From IMG/VR virus record IMGVR_UViG_2939121850_000001: a DNA stretch of 64,000 nucleotides. One strand, written 5' to 3'. This document shows, piece after piece, positions 34,643 through 45,096 of the stretch. A program made the translations under genes and the position numbers. Under the pieces are notes generated by a model that did no database searches, was not told the origin of the DNA, and worked only from the letters and a program-made list of their open reading frames with translations. The stretch is from a virus. Its lineage: Duplodnaviria > Heunggongvirae > Uroviricota > Caudoviricetes. The stretch's first letter is position 1; each line of letters opens with the position of its first letter.

Positions 34643-35032
34643 TTAAATAACCGGACAATCATCAAATTCCCCACTTCGGGCATCATTGATGACATGTGTG
34701 ATCACACCAAAAACAGCATTACTGCCCGTGTATCCATCGTCATCTACTGGTAACGCCTCTTTCTTCCCGGTGCTTAAGTCCTCCAGGTGCTGGCGCGGAT
34801 ACTTCCTGTATCTCTTTATGCGATATTCACCCTCCATAGCGCACACAAGCAGAGAACCATCAACCGGAGTAAGCGAGGAATCAACCACCAGCAAAGCACC
34901 CTGCAATATTCCCTCACGGTGATGGCTATCAGCTGCCCGCATGAAGTAGGTCGCTGAAGGATGTCTAATTATCTGCTGATCAAGAGAAATTCGGCTTTCA
35001 ACATAATCCGCCGCAGGAGAAGGGAAGCCCAT
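34643..35032 (-). CDS. humD: HumD (UmuD'-like SOS mutagenesis protein homolog)
   Basis: 129 aa with LexA/UmuD-type peptidase-like C-terminal domain; LexA box upstream. Confidence 0.6.
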   Translation of the reverse strand: MGFPSPAADYVESRISLDQQIIRHPSATYFMRAADSHHREGILQGALLVVDSSLTPVDGSLLVCAMEGEYRIKRYRKYPRQHLEDLSTGKKEALPVDDDGYTGSNAVFGVITHVINDARSGEFDDCPVI

Positions 35033-35050
35033 AGCGTTTTACCTCAATGA

Positions 35051-35070
35051 TACTGTTTATTCATACAGTA
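35051..35070. promoter_or_regulatory. LexA (SOS) box upstream of humD
   Basis: taCTGTttattcatACAGta, matching CTGT-N8-ACAG; 19 bp upstream of humD ATG. Confidence 0.75.
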
Positions 35071-35155
35071 TACATTGAAAAGGCATAGTTTGTGAAAGCG
35101 GGGTTTGTAGGCGCGCCACGCTGGGGGCTAATCACATTTCTCCCCCATCTTGCCG

Positions 35156-35407
35156 TTATTTTTTTGGTGCATCCTCGTTCTGATACACCGGATCGCTCCC
35201 TTTTGGCAACTGGAGGCTTAACTGCCGGTAGTGCCGTAGCCGTTCCATGAAATAGGCGCGCAGGTTTTCCGGTTGCTCACGGGCCACCTGCTCTGCAATC
35301 ACAGGTATATTCAGCCGTTCTTTGTAAGCAACGCCGCTGGCGGCAAGGTCTACGTTCACCTTGTCTCGCTCTTCCTGGCTTTTAGCTGCTATATTTCGAT
35401 CTGACAC
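35156..35407 (-). CDS. hot: Hot (DNA polymerase III theta-subunit homolog), 83 aa
   Basis: 83-aa ORF adjacent to humD; named by size and synteny. Confidence 0.5.
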   Translation of the reverse strand: MSDRNIAAKSQEERDKVNVDLAASGVAYKERLNIPVIAEQVAREQPENLRAYFMERLRHYRQLSLQLPKGSDPVYQNEDAPKK

Positions 35408-35439
35408 AAGAAACCTCCAGGAGTTAGTGGATCAGGCAC

Positions 35440-35790
35440 ATGCACAATAACGTTCTCAATGTTAGCCGTTCAATTCAGACAATCAGAGACTGCACCAGTG
35501 TGGTGGCATCAATCCCATTGCGAAACAGCATAGACGAACTGCAAATTCGTGTATTGAATCCGAATCAGGCTAATAAGCAATTGCGCTTTATTTTGACGCT
35601 GAAAAGTGAAACAGAGGGGATAAAGCACAGCGTAAAAGTGTTTTCTGAGGCCATTCTGCTTAATGGGAAGCTCCGGCATCTGGTAAGGCCAGAACGTCAA
35701 TATCCTGACGTCCTGGCGCGTGAAAAAGACCTTCTTTCTGAAGTTCAGGATAGGGTGATCGATTTCGTCAAATGCTATCCCCTGCATTGA
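35440..35790 (+). CDS. hypothetical protein (116 aa); strand ambiguous
   Basis: Competes with a 92-aa minus-strand ORF at 35509-35787; plus frame has more protein-like composition. Confidence 0.3.
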   Translation: MHNNVLNVSRSIQTIRDCTSVVASIPLRNSIDELQIRVLNPNQANKQLRFILTLKSETEGIKHSVKVFSEAILLNGKLRHLVRPERQYPDVLAREKDLLSEVQDRVIDFVKCYPLH

Positions 35791-36632
35791 GGGCAGGTGT
35801 TCCCTTCCGCAAAGTAGGGAAAATTGCTATCAAGTTCATCACACCATCTGCGATGGTCGTAGCACCAAAAAGCCTCCCACGGCAAACCAAAAGACTTCAT
35901 CCACTGGGACACTCGATCTGGTATATCTGCTGGTGGCAGTTCTTCTGGCAATAATTTGCCTGATAATTCCCTTTCCGCCCGCGACAGCATTTTTTTGAGG
36001 CTCGCGTTCTCTTTTTCAGCCACCAGCGGCAATAAAGCCCTGGCCATCTTATGAACCAATAGTGCATCAATAATGCCAAGCGTATGCCCCGGCTTAATGT
36101 TTAATGCCGCCTCAAGGTGACACCTTTCCAGGTCACTTTTCTCGGCTTGTTTATGATGATCTGGTGTAATAACGTCGCCCAAAACACGGCTAATTCTTTC
36201 TCGTAATTGCTGGGTGCCAGCACACTTGATCGCTGTATCGTGGAGACGGTTAACCAGTTCGCGATAAACATGCGGCTTAATGCGGATACGTTCACCGGTG
36301 ACGCCCTTTCCTGGCGCTGGCACCGAACTATCCGGAATATCCGGATAGTTGCCAGCCTCGTAAGCTACCCACAGCCAGTGCATGAATGTTTCAGTGGACA
36401 CACAACCACAGTCCACATCGATTTTTCCGCGTTGCTGTTCCAGCCAATGCTCAAAATTCAATCTACACGTATTACTTTCATGTTGCTCTTTTTGTCTCAA
36501 GGCCAGCATCTGCTGGGCTATTTCCAATACTTCATCTGCCGTATATCCAGCACCGTGACCATACATTTCGATACGGGAAATAATCTCTGATATGCGCTCT
36601 TCAGTGATTCTGGTCATTTCTTTTTGCGCCAT
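35775..36632 (-). CDS. hypothetical protein (285 aa)
   Basis: ORF in minus-strand operon. Confidence 0.5.
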   Translation of the reverse strand: MAQKEMTRITEERISEIISRIEMYGHGAGYTADEVLEIAQQMLALRQKEQHESNTCRLNFEHWLEQQRGKIDVDCGCVSTETFMHWLWVAYEAGNYPDIPDSSVPAPGKGVTGERIRIKPHVYRELVNRLHDTAIKCAGTQQLRERISRVLGDVITPDHHKQAEKSDLERCHLEAALNIKPGHTLGIIDALLVHKMARALLPLVAEKENASLKKMLSRAERELSGKLLPEELPPADIPDRVSQWMKSFGLPWEAFWCYDHRRWCDELDSNFPYFAEGNTCPQCRG

Positions 36633-36988
36633 TTCTTTTCACATTCCTTAGTCCATTCTTCAATGTTCATTTTGGCAATATCAGTCATTCCATCACCTAA
36701 GAAATACTTTTTCCGGTATGTCTTGCACTTAAACCACACTACAACAGCCACCAGCCAGAAAATAAAAGGCCATACAGCAATACCAACGACAGCCGCGATA
36801 AAGCCCAATAGCCATAAATGAAGCTCTCCAACTTCTGTTTCCGGCAATATTCTTAAAGAATTAAACAGCAGGATGAACGAATGGTCGTATGCATTGGCAG
36901 TACAAGACATGCAATCCATATAATTAAAGTCATAGCCTGCGGCTGCCGCCCATAATGGGCGGTCAAGAAAATGTTTTAGTGTCATCAT
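36614..36988 (-). CDS. hypothetical membrane protein (124 aa)
   Basis: Two hydrophobic helices; lysine-rich C-terminus. Confidence 0.45.
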   Translation of the reverse strand: MMTLKHFLDRPLWAAAAGYDFNYMDCMSCTANAYDHSFILLFNSLRILPETEVGELHLWLLGFIAAVVGIAVWPFIFWLVAVVVWFKCKTYRKKYFLGDGMTDIAKMNIEEWTKECEKKWRKKK

Positions 36989-36994
36989 ATAAAT

Positions 36995-37384
36995 TTAAGG
37001 TTCAGACCAGTTATCTTCAATAGCAATGCTTAATCTTTGTAGCCATTCTGCTAATTTCAGCATTGCTTCTCTTTCGCTTAAACCACGAGGAAAATCATCA
37101 AGCGAAATTGTTGGCTTGAATCCCCCGCGATTATCCATTTCAACTGTCAGATTTTGTTCCAGCACGGTATTTCTTACGCGGCTATTGTGCCGGAGCAAAT
37201 ATACTGAGCGTGATTTATTGGTTTTGTGGTCTAGCTTATATTCGGTAAGTATCATCTGGCTTTTGCCATGATTATTACCTCTCCACATACTTACCTCACT
37301 TAATAAAACAACTCCATGCGTAGTTGATGATTTTTTCCCACGTAATATAAATCTGCACTCCGGCAGTAAAACCAAAGCCAACAA
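36995..37384 (-). CDS. hypothetical protein; start uncertain
   Basis: ORF in operon. Confidence 0.35.
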   Translation of the reverse strand: MLALVLLPECRFILRGKKSSTTHGVVLLSEVSMWRGNNHGKSQMILTEYKLDHKTNKSRSVYLLRHNSRVRNTVLEQNLTVEMDNRGGFKPTISLDDFPRGLSEREAMLKLAEWLQRLSIAIEDNWSEP

Positions 37385-37466
37385 TTGCTGAAAAAATCAA
37401 AACATTTACTTTTGACATTATAAATTTTCTCTCGGTGTCGTAGGTGATAGCACCATAATTGATAAT

Positions 37467-37700
37467 TTAGTGAGTTAGCAGTTCCATTTTTTTGATGATT
37501 TCCGCATGAGCATCATCGTTATCAACACTTAGCTCGTTTAATGCTTCTCGCACTACATCAACTTCTTCAGGCTGAAAGAAGTCGTCGCGGTAATCACCAA
37601 ATAGAACCGAAACCAGCCTGCCACCAGCAACATCAAGATTGGCGCTAACAGGTGGCTCTTTGCCATCCTCAAATTCGACTACAAAAGTTAATTTTCCCAT
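37467..37700 (-). CDS. hypothetical acidic protein (77 aa)
   Basis: ORF in operon. Confidence 0.4.
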   Translation of the reverse strand: MGKLTFVVEFEDGKEPPVSANLDVAGGRLVSVLFGDYRDDFFQPEEVDVVREALNELSVDNDDAHAEIIKKMELLTH

Positions 37701-37776
37701 CGTTACCCCCAGAAGATAAAAATAGCGGCAATCGCCATAGCTACGCCTACAATCGCAAATGCTTCAGGCCAGCTTA

Positions 37777-38181
37777 TTACCTCACCTCCAGTCTCCATAC
37801 CGCCTGACCAATCCGGCTGGCATGGGTATCTTTGGATACTGTTCCATCTTTAGCCATCTCCATAAGAATTTTGCGCAAATCTGCCGAACGCCATTCTTCA
37901 TCAGGAAATTCCTTCTCCATTGCCAACCGCAGATTCCAGGTTGCCATCCTGAATGGATATTTCCCGCCGAGAGCTTTATCTTGCAGGGCAGCCCGGGAAC
38001 GCATCACCTGCAAAACCTTCTCTTTTACATCCATCATTTCGCCTCCTGCGGCGGTTCTGGTAGAGGCATCCAGTACAAGGCGTTCCCTAACCACGATAAA
38101 GTGCCGTCGCTCAACTCCACGTATTCCCCTTGTACCTGTCCTGACATATACTCGCCGTGCTTTGAATAAATTAAAATCCAA
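37777..38181 (-). CDS. hypothetical protein (134 aa or shorter)
   Basis: ORF in operon; overlaps next ORF start region. Confidence 0.4.
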   Translation of the reverse strand: MDFNLFKARRVYVRTGTRGIRGVERRHFIVVRERLVLDASTRTAAGGEMMDVKEKVLQVMRSRAALQDKALGGKYPFRMATWNLRLAMEKEFPDEEWRSADLRKILMEMAKDGTVSKDTHASRIGQAVWRLEVR

Positions 38182-38873
38182 TCATCTTGAGCGGGCATTC
38201 GCTCACTACAGCTTATCCAACCATCCGGAATTACCGGATAGTTGCGCATTGCGACCTTTAATGCCTCATAGAAGCAACCTTTCAGATTGTTGAACTGACG
38301 CCCATTAAGAGGACCGTGTTCAGTAAGCATGTTGCGTAATTTCCATGCCGCGTCGTTTACTTCGTTGGATGACAGGGGAGGCAACTTGTAAGTTTGGCTT
38401 ACAGGTTCGGCACCATGAAGCATGGCGCCGCTCCGCTCTATGCCATCCAGCGCGATTCGCAGTGCCTGAATTGTGGTAGAGCTATCGTTTGGGGCTATTC
38501 CATATCGCTCGAATACAGCTAAATGGTTGCGCATAATCTCAGGCGTAAGCTCTTTGTAAGCATAAGCAAGAGGCACTGATGCATTATCCGGCACAACCGA
38601 CGCAGGCGCGGCAGCATAAACAGGAATAACGTCCGATTGATCTTTATTGCTTTCATCCGTCAAAGCCCAGAATAATTTTCCGGCCGGATGTTTGAAAATA
38701 TAAGCAACTGGCTCTGCTTCCAGTGATGCCAGTGCAATTCGTGCCAGTTCCATTTGTTCGCCACGGGTAAGCCCGTTTTCAAGCGGGGATTTAATGAACA
38801 ATTCGATACGTTCTTTAGTGATAGTGCTCATATCACTCTCCTTTGATGCGAATGCCAGCGGCGCGGGAATCAT
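38034..38873 (-). CDS. hypothetical protein (likely starts at Met15, 38831)
   Basis: ORF in operon. Confidence 0.45.
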   Translation of the reverse strand: MIPAPLAFASKESDMSTITKERIELFIKSPLENGLTRGEQMELARIALASLEAEPVAYIFKHPAGKLFWALTDESNKDQSDVIPVYAAAPASVVPDNASVPLAYAYKELTPEIMRNHLAVFERYGIAPNDSSTTIQALRIALDGIERSGAMLHGAEPVSQTYKLPPLSSNEVNDAAWKLRNMLTEHGPLNGRQFNNLKGCFYEALKVAMRNYPVIPDGWISCSERMPAQDDWILIYSKHGEYMSGQVQGEYVELSDGTLSWLGNALYWMPLPEPPQEAK

Positions 38874-39477
38874 TCCATCGCTTTACTTCTTCACGAATTA
38901 CGTCAATGCATTCTTTCGAATCCATTAGGTAATCTTCATCAAAAAGCCTTTCCTGTTCGTTTTCTATCGCAACAATGATTGCTTCAACTAACTTTTGTGC
39001 CTGAGAACCACTTTCTAACTCTGCAATGCGCTTCTCTGCGGCTTCCAACTTCTCGCGCATATCGTCAACGTACTCGACCAGAGAACCGCCAGCAGGAATT
39101 TCGCACTCCTCGACCAGTTGGAAGTAGATATCAGCTGCGGCCCGTGTGTTGCTATGCCTAGCGTCGCCCATCTCACCTTCACGAAGAGCATCGCGTTCGG
39201 CGGTAAGATTGGCTATTTTGCTGTCTTTGCCTTCCAGCTCAACGCGCAGCTTCCCTACCGTTAGCGCAATATCCTCGTTCTCCTGATCGCGGCTTTTGAT
39301 GTATTGCAGGTTTCTTTCCCGTTCATCCAACAATGCCAGCGCGATATCTGGCGAAAAGTGCTTCATAAAATCGTTAAGCGCATTAATTCGCTGATCGAAA
39401 GGCATTACAGGTGCTTCACCAGCAATTTTTGTTTTTTCAGCGATTTCACGAAGCTTTTGATAATCAATCTTGCTCAC
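38833..39477 (-). CDS. hypothetical coiled-coil protein (214 aa), GTG start; paralogous N-terminus with next gene
   Basis: Starts MSKIDYQKLREIA; upstream junction aaggaggcaaccagtgagc repeated at 40113-40131. Confidence 0.5.
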   Translation of the reverse strand: MSKIDYQKLREIAEKTKIAGEAPVMPFDQRINALNDFMKHFSPDIALALLDERERNLQYIKSRDQENEDIALTVGKLRVELEGKDSKIANLTAERDALREGEMGDARHSNTRAAADIYFQLVEECEIPAGGSLVEYVDDMREKLEAAEKRIAELESGSQAQKLVEAIIVAIENEQERLFDEDYLMDSKECIDVIREEVKRWNDSRAAGIRIKGE

Positions 39478-40124
39478 TGGTTGCCTCCTTTGCGAAGCTG
39501 TTCAGCAATACTTACGCATATCTCTGCGCCTCTAATCAGCCCCGGAACGTTCTTGTTTGGCCCAACTTCACCATCAACAAAATCAATCATCGCGTTACGA
39601 GCCATATCCACGCCCTGCGCACGTACTTCAGCCAGAAAAGCATCGGTGGCTGGAATGGGCTTTTGTGGTGATATAGCAATGCGAATTGTCTCAAGGTCTG
39701 GAGCTGTTTCCGCTGTTGGCACCTTGATATAACCCGTCTGCACCCCATTCATGATGAACCTGCGACGGTCATCACATATCGCCTTAAGCCCTGCATTCTC
39801 CGCCGCCAGCGCCGCGCACTTGGCCTCAAGAGCGGCAACCACTTCCTGATGGTCTTTGTACTTAACGTATGAGCCGGAGATGTCATCACCTTCGGTGTTT
39901 AGCCATGCGTCATTGCAATTCACTGCGTAGGTTCTGATGCTCATGTTGATGCTCTCCCGCCCCTGACAGACGCTAGGCCAGTCAATAAAGTATCCGCAAT
40001 GCCTACCCTCAGACGTGCGCGCAGGATAAATGCCGTTATGACCCGGCAAAATATATGCTACCCATTCATCTTGCGTTGCCTGTTTCGCCGCCTCGCGCAG
40101 TTCTTTATAGTTAATTTCGCTCAC
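39474..40124 (-). CDS. hypothetical protein (216 aa), GTG start
   Basis: Starts MSEINYKELREAA; C-terminus RKGGNQ shared with the upstream 79-aa ORF. Confidence 0.5.
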   Translation of the reverse strand: MSEINYKELREAAKQATQDEWVAYILPGHNGIYPARTSEGRHCGYFIDWPSVCQGRESINMSIRTYAVNCNDAWLNTEGDDISGSYVKYKDHQEVVAALEAKCAALAAENAGLKAICDDRRRFIMNGVQTGYIKVPTAETAPDLETIRIAISPQKPIPATDAFLAEVRAQGVDMARNAMIDFVDGEVGPNKNVPGLIRGAEICVSIAEQLRKGGNQ

Positions 40125-40360
40125 TGGTTGCCTCCTTTACGGATCTGCGCTGCGATGCGCGAAAAAAAAGACTCCCGCGTATGACTGTTAAGAGCTGGCG
40201 CGAACGCTGCGTTAAGAACAGCAGCATCACAGCCGTCATCAATATAGAGCGCAATTTTTTTCTCCAGGCGCGCTTTGGCTTCCTGCAACTGCATACCCCG
40301 GCACGCACGCGGGATATAATCAGCAATTTGAGCGATAGCCTTTTCGTTCTGTTTAAACAT
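40121..40360 (-). CDS. hypothetical protein (79 aa)
   Basis: Ends IRKGGNQ at the repeated junction. Confidence 0.4.
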   Translation of the reverse strand: MFKQNEKAIAQIADYIPRACRGMQLQEAKARLEKKIALYIDDGCDAAVLNAAFAPALNSHTRESFFSRIAAQIRKGGNQ

Positions 40361-40556
40361 GCTTCACCTCGATAGGCTTGATGGTGTCTAACAGCAGTCG
40401 GCGGCGCGTATTTTCTGCAAAATGGCGGCGTCCAGTTTCTTTGTGGTAAAACTCGTTTTTGCCGACGACCCACATCCGCTCTGTTTGGTGCAGTTTTTTT
40501 ACCTGCGGACCGTCTTTGGTGATCACGGTGCCGGTATGGGTTTTTACGATTGTCAT
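40353..40556 (-). CDS. hypothetical protein (67 aa)
   Basis: ORF in operon. Confidence 0.35.
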   Translation of the reverse strand: MTIVKTHTGTVITKDGPQVKKLHQTERMWVVGKNEFYHKETGRRHFAENTRRRLLLDTIKPIEVKHV

Positions 40557-40639
40557 GCCACTACCTATTCGAACAGATGAACGAGACAGGCCGATGCTCG
40601 TCCACCTGAAAAACTGACGATTTGATGCATACTCACGGT

Positions 40640-41368
40640 TTATTCCTGAATGCGCTTAAACTCGATTACCCACACCCAGGGATTAGCGTTCCAGCTTTCT
40701 TCACCATAGATGGATTCCCACAGACGCTGGAACGCAACCTTGGCCATTGCGAAATCCCCCTTGGGAGTAAGGAATGTTCCCGGGTGATCAGGAAGCAAAC
40801 TTCCAGCAGGCGGAACGCCCTCATCCCTTGCATCGCATTCGCTGATATCGTTCAACCGCTCAACGCGCACGTTGGTAATTTCCAACAGGATGCGTGATGC
40901 CCATCGCGGCATGTGAATTGATGGACGCCACCCACCATCAAACTTTTCATTCACAGTGTGAGGTTTCCAGTCGGCATCATCGGGTATCGACCATAAACCG
41001 TAATCACCAGGCTTTTGCTCACAACTGGCCCGATAAATCCTTGCTGCGTTCTTCTCATCGCCACGACAAAGGTTGTCGTTCCAGTCCACACTGCAACCAT
41101 CTTCATTGCCTAATATCGCCCATGTTTCACGAACCCAAATTCGATCGCCGACGATACCAAAGGGGCAATTGAAAACACTGCTTACACCATCAGCCCCGTA
41201 CCACTGAAAACCTGCACCAATTTCCCTAACCATCACTGGTGCTTCTGGACCAACTTCCGCAGGCTGATTTTTCATTATCCGCCGCGTCTGCGTTTTCCTT
41301 CCTTCGAGGATGGCTCGGACCATCTCATCGTTGAAAATCATGCCGCGCTCTTTCACTTCGCCTTTCAT
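40640..41368 (-). CDS. hypothetical protein (242 aa)
   Basis: ORF in operon. Confidence 0.5.
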   Translation of the reverse strand: MKGEVKERGMIFNDEMVRAILEGRKTQTRRIMKNQPAEVGPEAPVMVREIGAGFQWYGADGVSSVFNCPFGIVGDRIWVRETWAILGNEDGCSVDWNDNLCRGDEKNAARIYRASCEQKPGDYGLWSIPDDADWKPHTVNEKFDGGWRPSIHMPRWASRILLEITNVRVERLNDISECDARDEGVPPAGSLLPDHPGTFLTPKGDFAMAKVAFQRLWESIYGEESWNANPWVWVIEFKRIQE

Positions 41369-41546
41369 GCATCCCCCTTACCCATGCGCGACGATGCCGC
41401 CAAAAGTGATAGAGAACAGCCAGAAATAGATCGCGGCCATAATGATTTTGAATGCCGTGTTCATATTTTCAGCTCCTGTGATTGATTGGATACATGCCGC
41501 GCCTTGCGGCATGTTTTTATTTTCACTTTCTCTGTTTTAAAAATCA

Positions 41547-41563
41547 ATATTTATTAGAGCAAT
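41547..41563 (-). promoter_or_regulatory. C1 operator (16/17)
   Basis: atatttattagagcaat. Confidence 0.7.
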
Positions 41564-42069
41564 TATTGTTGGTGGAGAAGCGCGTTTTCATACTCCCTGA
41601 CCATTAACGTAAGTACGCCGTGACTCCTGAAAACACGCGCCACTTCAATCTTATCTTCCAGCGCGAACGCAATTTTACTTAGACCAATTTTCTTCAGGAG
41701 ATCAATCTTTGCTGGACCGTCATTTCTGTCATCGGTGGCAGGACGCATAGATAGCAAAGGCTCAGCCCCGTTTGTTACGTACTTCCGCAGCCAGGCTCGT
41801 GTTTTATCCCTTGCGATCTCACAGCGCCCGGTTACAAACCAGACCGTGTAAACGTTAAATAACTGGCGCACCATATCAATAACCGGAGTGATGGGAGTAT
41901 CGGTGTCACAGGCGAGATTAAACTCGTTCCAGTCCTTTGTTAATGCACCTTTACCTGGTGGCGGAAGCAAATGCAGTCTGTCTTCAGTTGCCTCTGATAT
42001 TGTTCCATCAATATCGACTATGACGATATACGGACGTTCCTGGTGTGCGTGTTTATTGAAAATACTCAA
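41563..42069 (-). CDS. HAD-superfamily phosphatase-like protein (168 aa)
   Basis: Motif I VIVDIDGTI. Confidence 0.6.
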   Translation of the reverse strand: MSIFNKHAHQERPYIVIVDIDGTISEATEDRLHLLPPPGKGALTKDWNEFNLACDTDTPITPVIDMVRQLFNVYTVWFVTGRCEIARDKTRAWLRKYVTNGAEPLLSMRPATDDRNDGPAKIDLLKKIGLSKIAFALEDKIEVARVFRSHGVLTLMVREYENALLHQQ

Positions 42070-42141
42070 ATGCCCTCCTCATTGGACGAAAAAAATGCTG
42101 GTGGGCGCACTCCACCAGCATTAAAAGTGACGCTGTAACTA

Positions 42142-43404
42142 TCAGCGGACGTAAATAGTGCCGCCGTTCTCTTTTTCCCATGCATCGCTACGTGCATAGC
42201 AAACATCGAGAAGTCTTCTTGCCGCTGTTTCCTCTAAACCCAATTCGACAACCAACTGCTCATGACGGCGGGTAACCACATCAAACAGGGTATGCAACCC
42301 TTTAGTTGCCAGATCATCAATGAATTCCGGTTCGAACGGCAGTTCTGCATCTGCCAACATAACCTCTTGCGCCCACTCAACTCGACGGACCAATTCCGGG
42401 CGGCGGCTTTCCATCTCTTTACAGATCAATTCATGGAAGAACTCTACCCAACCTTCCGGCTGGAACTCGCGGAAAATTGCCAACGGCTGGAAGTTTGGCA
42501 TCAACCATTCGTTGATTCGGATATCAATGGCATAGCCCATGTCGCAGCAGAACTGATAAGCAAAGTCCAGCTTAGAAACGATATAAGGACGCTCGTTATT
42601 GAACTCTTTAGGCGATGAGATCCCATAAGCCAGGAGGCGCGGGAAGAAGGAGATTTGCCCTAACGTCGGATGAAGTTTGCTTGCAGGGAAACGGCGCTCA
42701 GTAATGCCATACATTTCCTTCTTGAGCGTCGCAAATTTGGCATTCTCATTAACCAGCGCGGTAACCTCTGCTTTTTTATTAGCAAATGCCACGCGCGCTT
42801 CGCTTGCATCTTTAATAGTTTTTTTGAGCTGTTGGTTAAGGTCGGCGACCTGCTTACGCAGTTCCTGTCGCTCGCTTTTAGCTTTGTTATAGCGTTTCTC
42901 AAGGTTAAAAGGATCAAGTTTCATGATCTCTTTATATTGAGATTTTAGCGTTGAAATCTGTGAGTTCCGCAGTTCAACCATCGCGGTCATTTCATTGAGT
43001 TTTGTTTCCAGCTCAATGCTTATACGTTCGGCATTATCAGCACGCTGGTTGGCGTCATGCGTCGCATCGTCGATCGCGTCCTGTTGCTGGCGTTTCAAAT
43101 GTTCAATTTGTAGCTGAAGCTCTTCAATTTCTTTACCCTTCAGACCGAGATCCAACTGCATATTTTCAGCTGCATCTACCAGGGAGTTATGGCTATCAGC
43201 TTCTGCGTTATAAACATCAATAAGCTGTGCGTGAAGCATCTCCGCTGACTGAACCGCATTATCAAAAAAACGCGCTGTGAGGTCATCACAACTAACGCGG
43301 CGTTGCGCGGCCCGGATGTTCTGGATAATGGCCGGGATACCGGCATTCAGGACGTCAGGGATAGATACATTTTCGATTGATTGGTTTTGTGCTGAAGTGC
43401 TCAT
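42142..43404 (-). CDS. hypothetical coiled-coil protein (420 aa)
   Basis: Long heptad-rich central region. Confidence 0.5.
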   Translation of the reverse strand: MSTSAQNQSIENVSIPDVLNAGIPAIIQNIRAAQRRVSCDDLTARFFDNAVQSAEMLHAQLIDVYNAEADSHNSLVDAAENMQLDLGLKGKEIEELQLQIEHLKRQQQDAIDDATHDANQRADNAERISIELETKLNEMTAMVELRNSQISTLKSQYKEIMKLDPFNLEKRYNKAKSERQELRKQVADLNQQLKKTIKDASEARVAFANKKAEVTALVNENAKFATLKKEMYGITERRFPASKLHPTLGQISFFPRLLAYGISSPKEFNNERPYIVSKLDFAYQFCCDMGYAIDIRINEWLMPNFQPLAIFREFQPEGWVEFFHELICKEMESRRPELVRRVEWAQEVMLADAELPFEPEFIDDLATKGLHTLFDVVTRRHEQLVVELGLEETAARRLLDVCYARSDAWEKENGGTIYVR

Positions 43405-43405
43405 T

Positions 43406-43624
43406 TCAAAGTTCCGTATTAGCTTGTGCTTCGGTCATTTTTCCTAAGTATGAAGGAGGAAGGACTACGCAATTTGTATCCAGTCCCTCACCTATGGCAG
43501 CCTGTAAAATTCTGGCTAAGGTGAGTCTCTTGTTGCGATACCTGGTGATGACATGCCTGATACCGCCGGTCGGCGTAACAAAGGCGATCAGCCAGTAGTG
43601 ATATTTCCGTCGGAATGGCCACAT
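43406..43624 (-). CDS. hypothetical protein (72 aa)
   Basis: Small ORF downstream of operator pair. Confidence 0.35.
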   Translation of the reverse strand: MWPFRRKYHYWLIAFVTPTGGIRHVITRYRNKRLTLARILQAAIGEGLDTNCVVLPPSYLGKMTEAQANTEL

Positions 43625-43637
43625 AGTGCACCTTGTA

Positions 43638-43654
43638 GATTGCTCTAATAAAAA
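43638..43654 (+). promoter_or_regulatory. C1 operator-like site (14/17)
   Basis: attgctctaataaaaaa; flanks hairpin acgtgatg..catcacgt. Confidence 0.55.
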
Positions 43655-43686
43655 ACGTGATGAGTGTACATCACGTTTTAAAAATA

Positions 43687-43703
43687 TGGAATTATTAGAG
43701 CAA
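43687..43703 (-). promoter_or_regulatory. C1 operator-like site (14/17), inverted partner of 43638
   Basis: ggaattattagagcaat. Confidence 0.55.
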
Positions 43704-43705
43704 TA

Positions 43706-44407
43706 TTATTCTGATTCTCGCTCAAAAAATGAGCTGATAAGGGGAAGCCAATCCTCTGACACTTCGCGAGGTCGCGGTTTGCCGTGGAAAAAGATTATTC
43801 GGCAGTCTTTTGGTAATGCCCCATTCCCCCTGGAGTAACGCGCGCTCGCATATTTTGAACCAGGTTCCACAACATCGGCCTTGTAACTTACAAACCATCC
43901 TGGATACAGATCCTGAAATGCTGGTGTATCATCGCCCATAACCTTTCGTAAGAACCCCTGGTCACCCCAGCACTCAGTAGTGACACAACGAGAAATCCAA
44001 CCTTCCGGATCTTGCCAGAATGAACTCCAGATATGCGCTTTAACACTATTTGGTATCCACAGGGCACCGCTGCCACGATATTGTGGATGGTAAAAATCCC
44101 TAAGCATGGTGAAGCTGGTTGGTGGATGCTCTAGGATTGGGCGTATATCACCGGCAATAACCGTGTCCAAATCCAGATAGAACAGATCATCGGTTATATC
44201 CGGTCGGAACAACTCGATTTTCGCCCACCAGCCACGGCACTTTTGCCACTGGTTGATCAATGGGACAACTTTGACGCCAGGTACATGTAAACGCTTCAGG
44301 TCTGTCAGGCAAATAATTTCATAGCCTTTTGGCAGTTGATTAACCAGCCACTGCACATCGGAAGCGTTATAGTCACCACCAGAGCGAAAAACTAAAGCAA
44401 TCTTCAT
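43706..44407 (-). CDS. hypothetical protein (233 aa)
   Basis: ORF coupled to phosphatase gene. Confidence 0.5.
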   Translation of the reverse strand: MKIALVFRSGGDYNASDVQWLVNQLPKGYEIICLTDLKRLHVPGVKVVPLINQWQKCRGWWAKIELFRPDITDDLFYLDLDTVIAGDIRPILEHPPTSFTMLRDFYHPQYRGSGALWIPNSVKAHIWSSFWQDPEGWISRCVTTECWGDQGFLRKVMGDDTPAFQDLYPGWFVSYKADVVEPGSKYASARYSRGNGALPKDCRIIFFHGKPRPREVSEDWLPLISSFFERESE

Positions 44408-45096
44408 GCTGCACCATCACCTTTCACTTTCATCAATGTCAGGTTTCCGCAAAATACGGCACCAGTGTCGATATACTGCTGATTCCAGAATGTCTTCGGG
44501 CTTTTCACCGGAGTGTGACCAAAGATAAAACGATCTGCGCCCGAAATTTCGCCACCAATATCATCCATCGAATCACTGATACGCTCGCGCGCCCAGACAA
44601 CGTTGAAAAGCGGCACCTCCTTACCGAATTGGTATTCATTATCCGGATAGTCGGCATGGGCTATAACGATAGTTTCTTGCCCGGTGTTCAACTCAATGAT
44701 ATAGGGCAGACGCTTTACCAGCTCCACCAGCGCCCAGGCTAATATTTCCTGATCAGTGTCCAGCATGAAGAACCATTGTCCGCCATTCATTAGCCAGTTA
44801 TTCACGTTGCCATCTGGACTTAACGCATCAATCATCAGCCGCTCATGGTTCCCCATCACTGCCCTGAACCAGGGCATCTGCAATAGTTCCAGACATTCGA
44901 CATTTTCAGTACCGCGATCGATAAGGTCGCCGACCGATATCAGTAAATCCTGCGCCGGGTCAAAATCCACACGATGGAGTTCGGACATCAGTCTGGTGTA
45001 GCAACCATGCAGATCACCAACAACCCAGACATTCCTGTATTTGGTACCGTCGATACGGTGATAAATTGTGGGTGCCATCATGTATTCTTCAGCCAT
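44404..45096 (-). CDS. Ser/Thr protein phosphatase (lambda-PPase-like metallophosphoesterase)
   Basis: Motifs GDLHG, GDLIDRG, GNHE. Confidence 0.8.
   Translation of the reverse strand: MAEEYMMAPTIYHRIDGTKYRNVWVVGDLHGCYTRLMSELHRVDFDPAQDLLISVGDLIDRGTENVECLELLQMPWFRAVMGNHERLMIDALSPDGNVNNWLMNGGQWFFMLDTDQEILAWALVELVKRLPYIIELNTGQETIVIAHADYPDNEYQFGKEVPLFNVVWARERISDSMDDIGGEISGADRFIFGHTPVKSPKTFWNQQYIDTGAVFCGNLTLMKVKGDGAA

Noticed and set aside
35509-35787. 92-aa minus-strand ORF overlapping the 116-aa plus-strand ORF
   Set aside because: Cannot be resolved from sequence alone; the plus-strand ORF was listed at low confidence and the minus-strand one left out, though either could be real.
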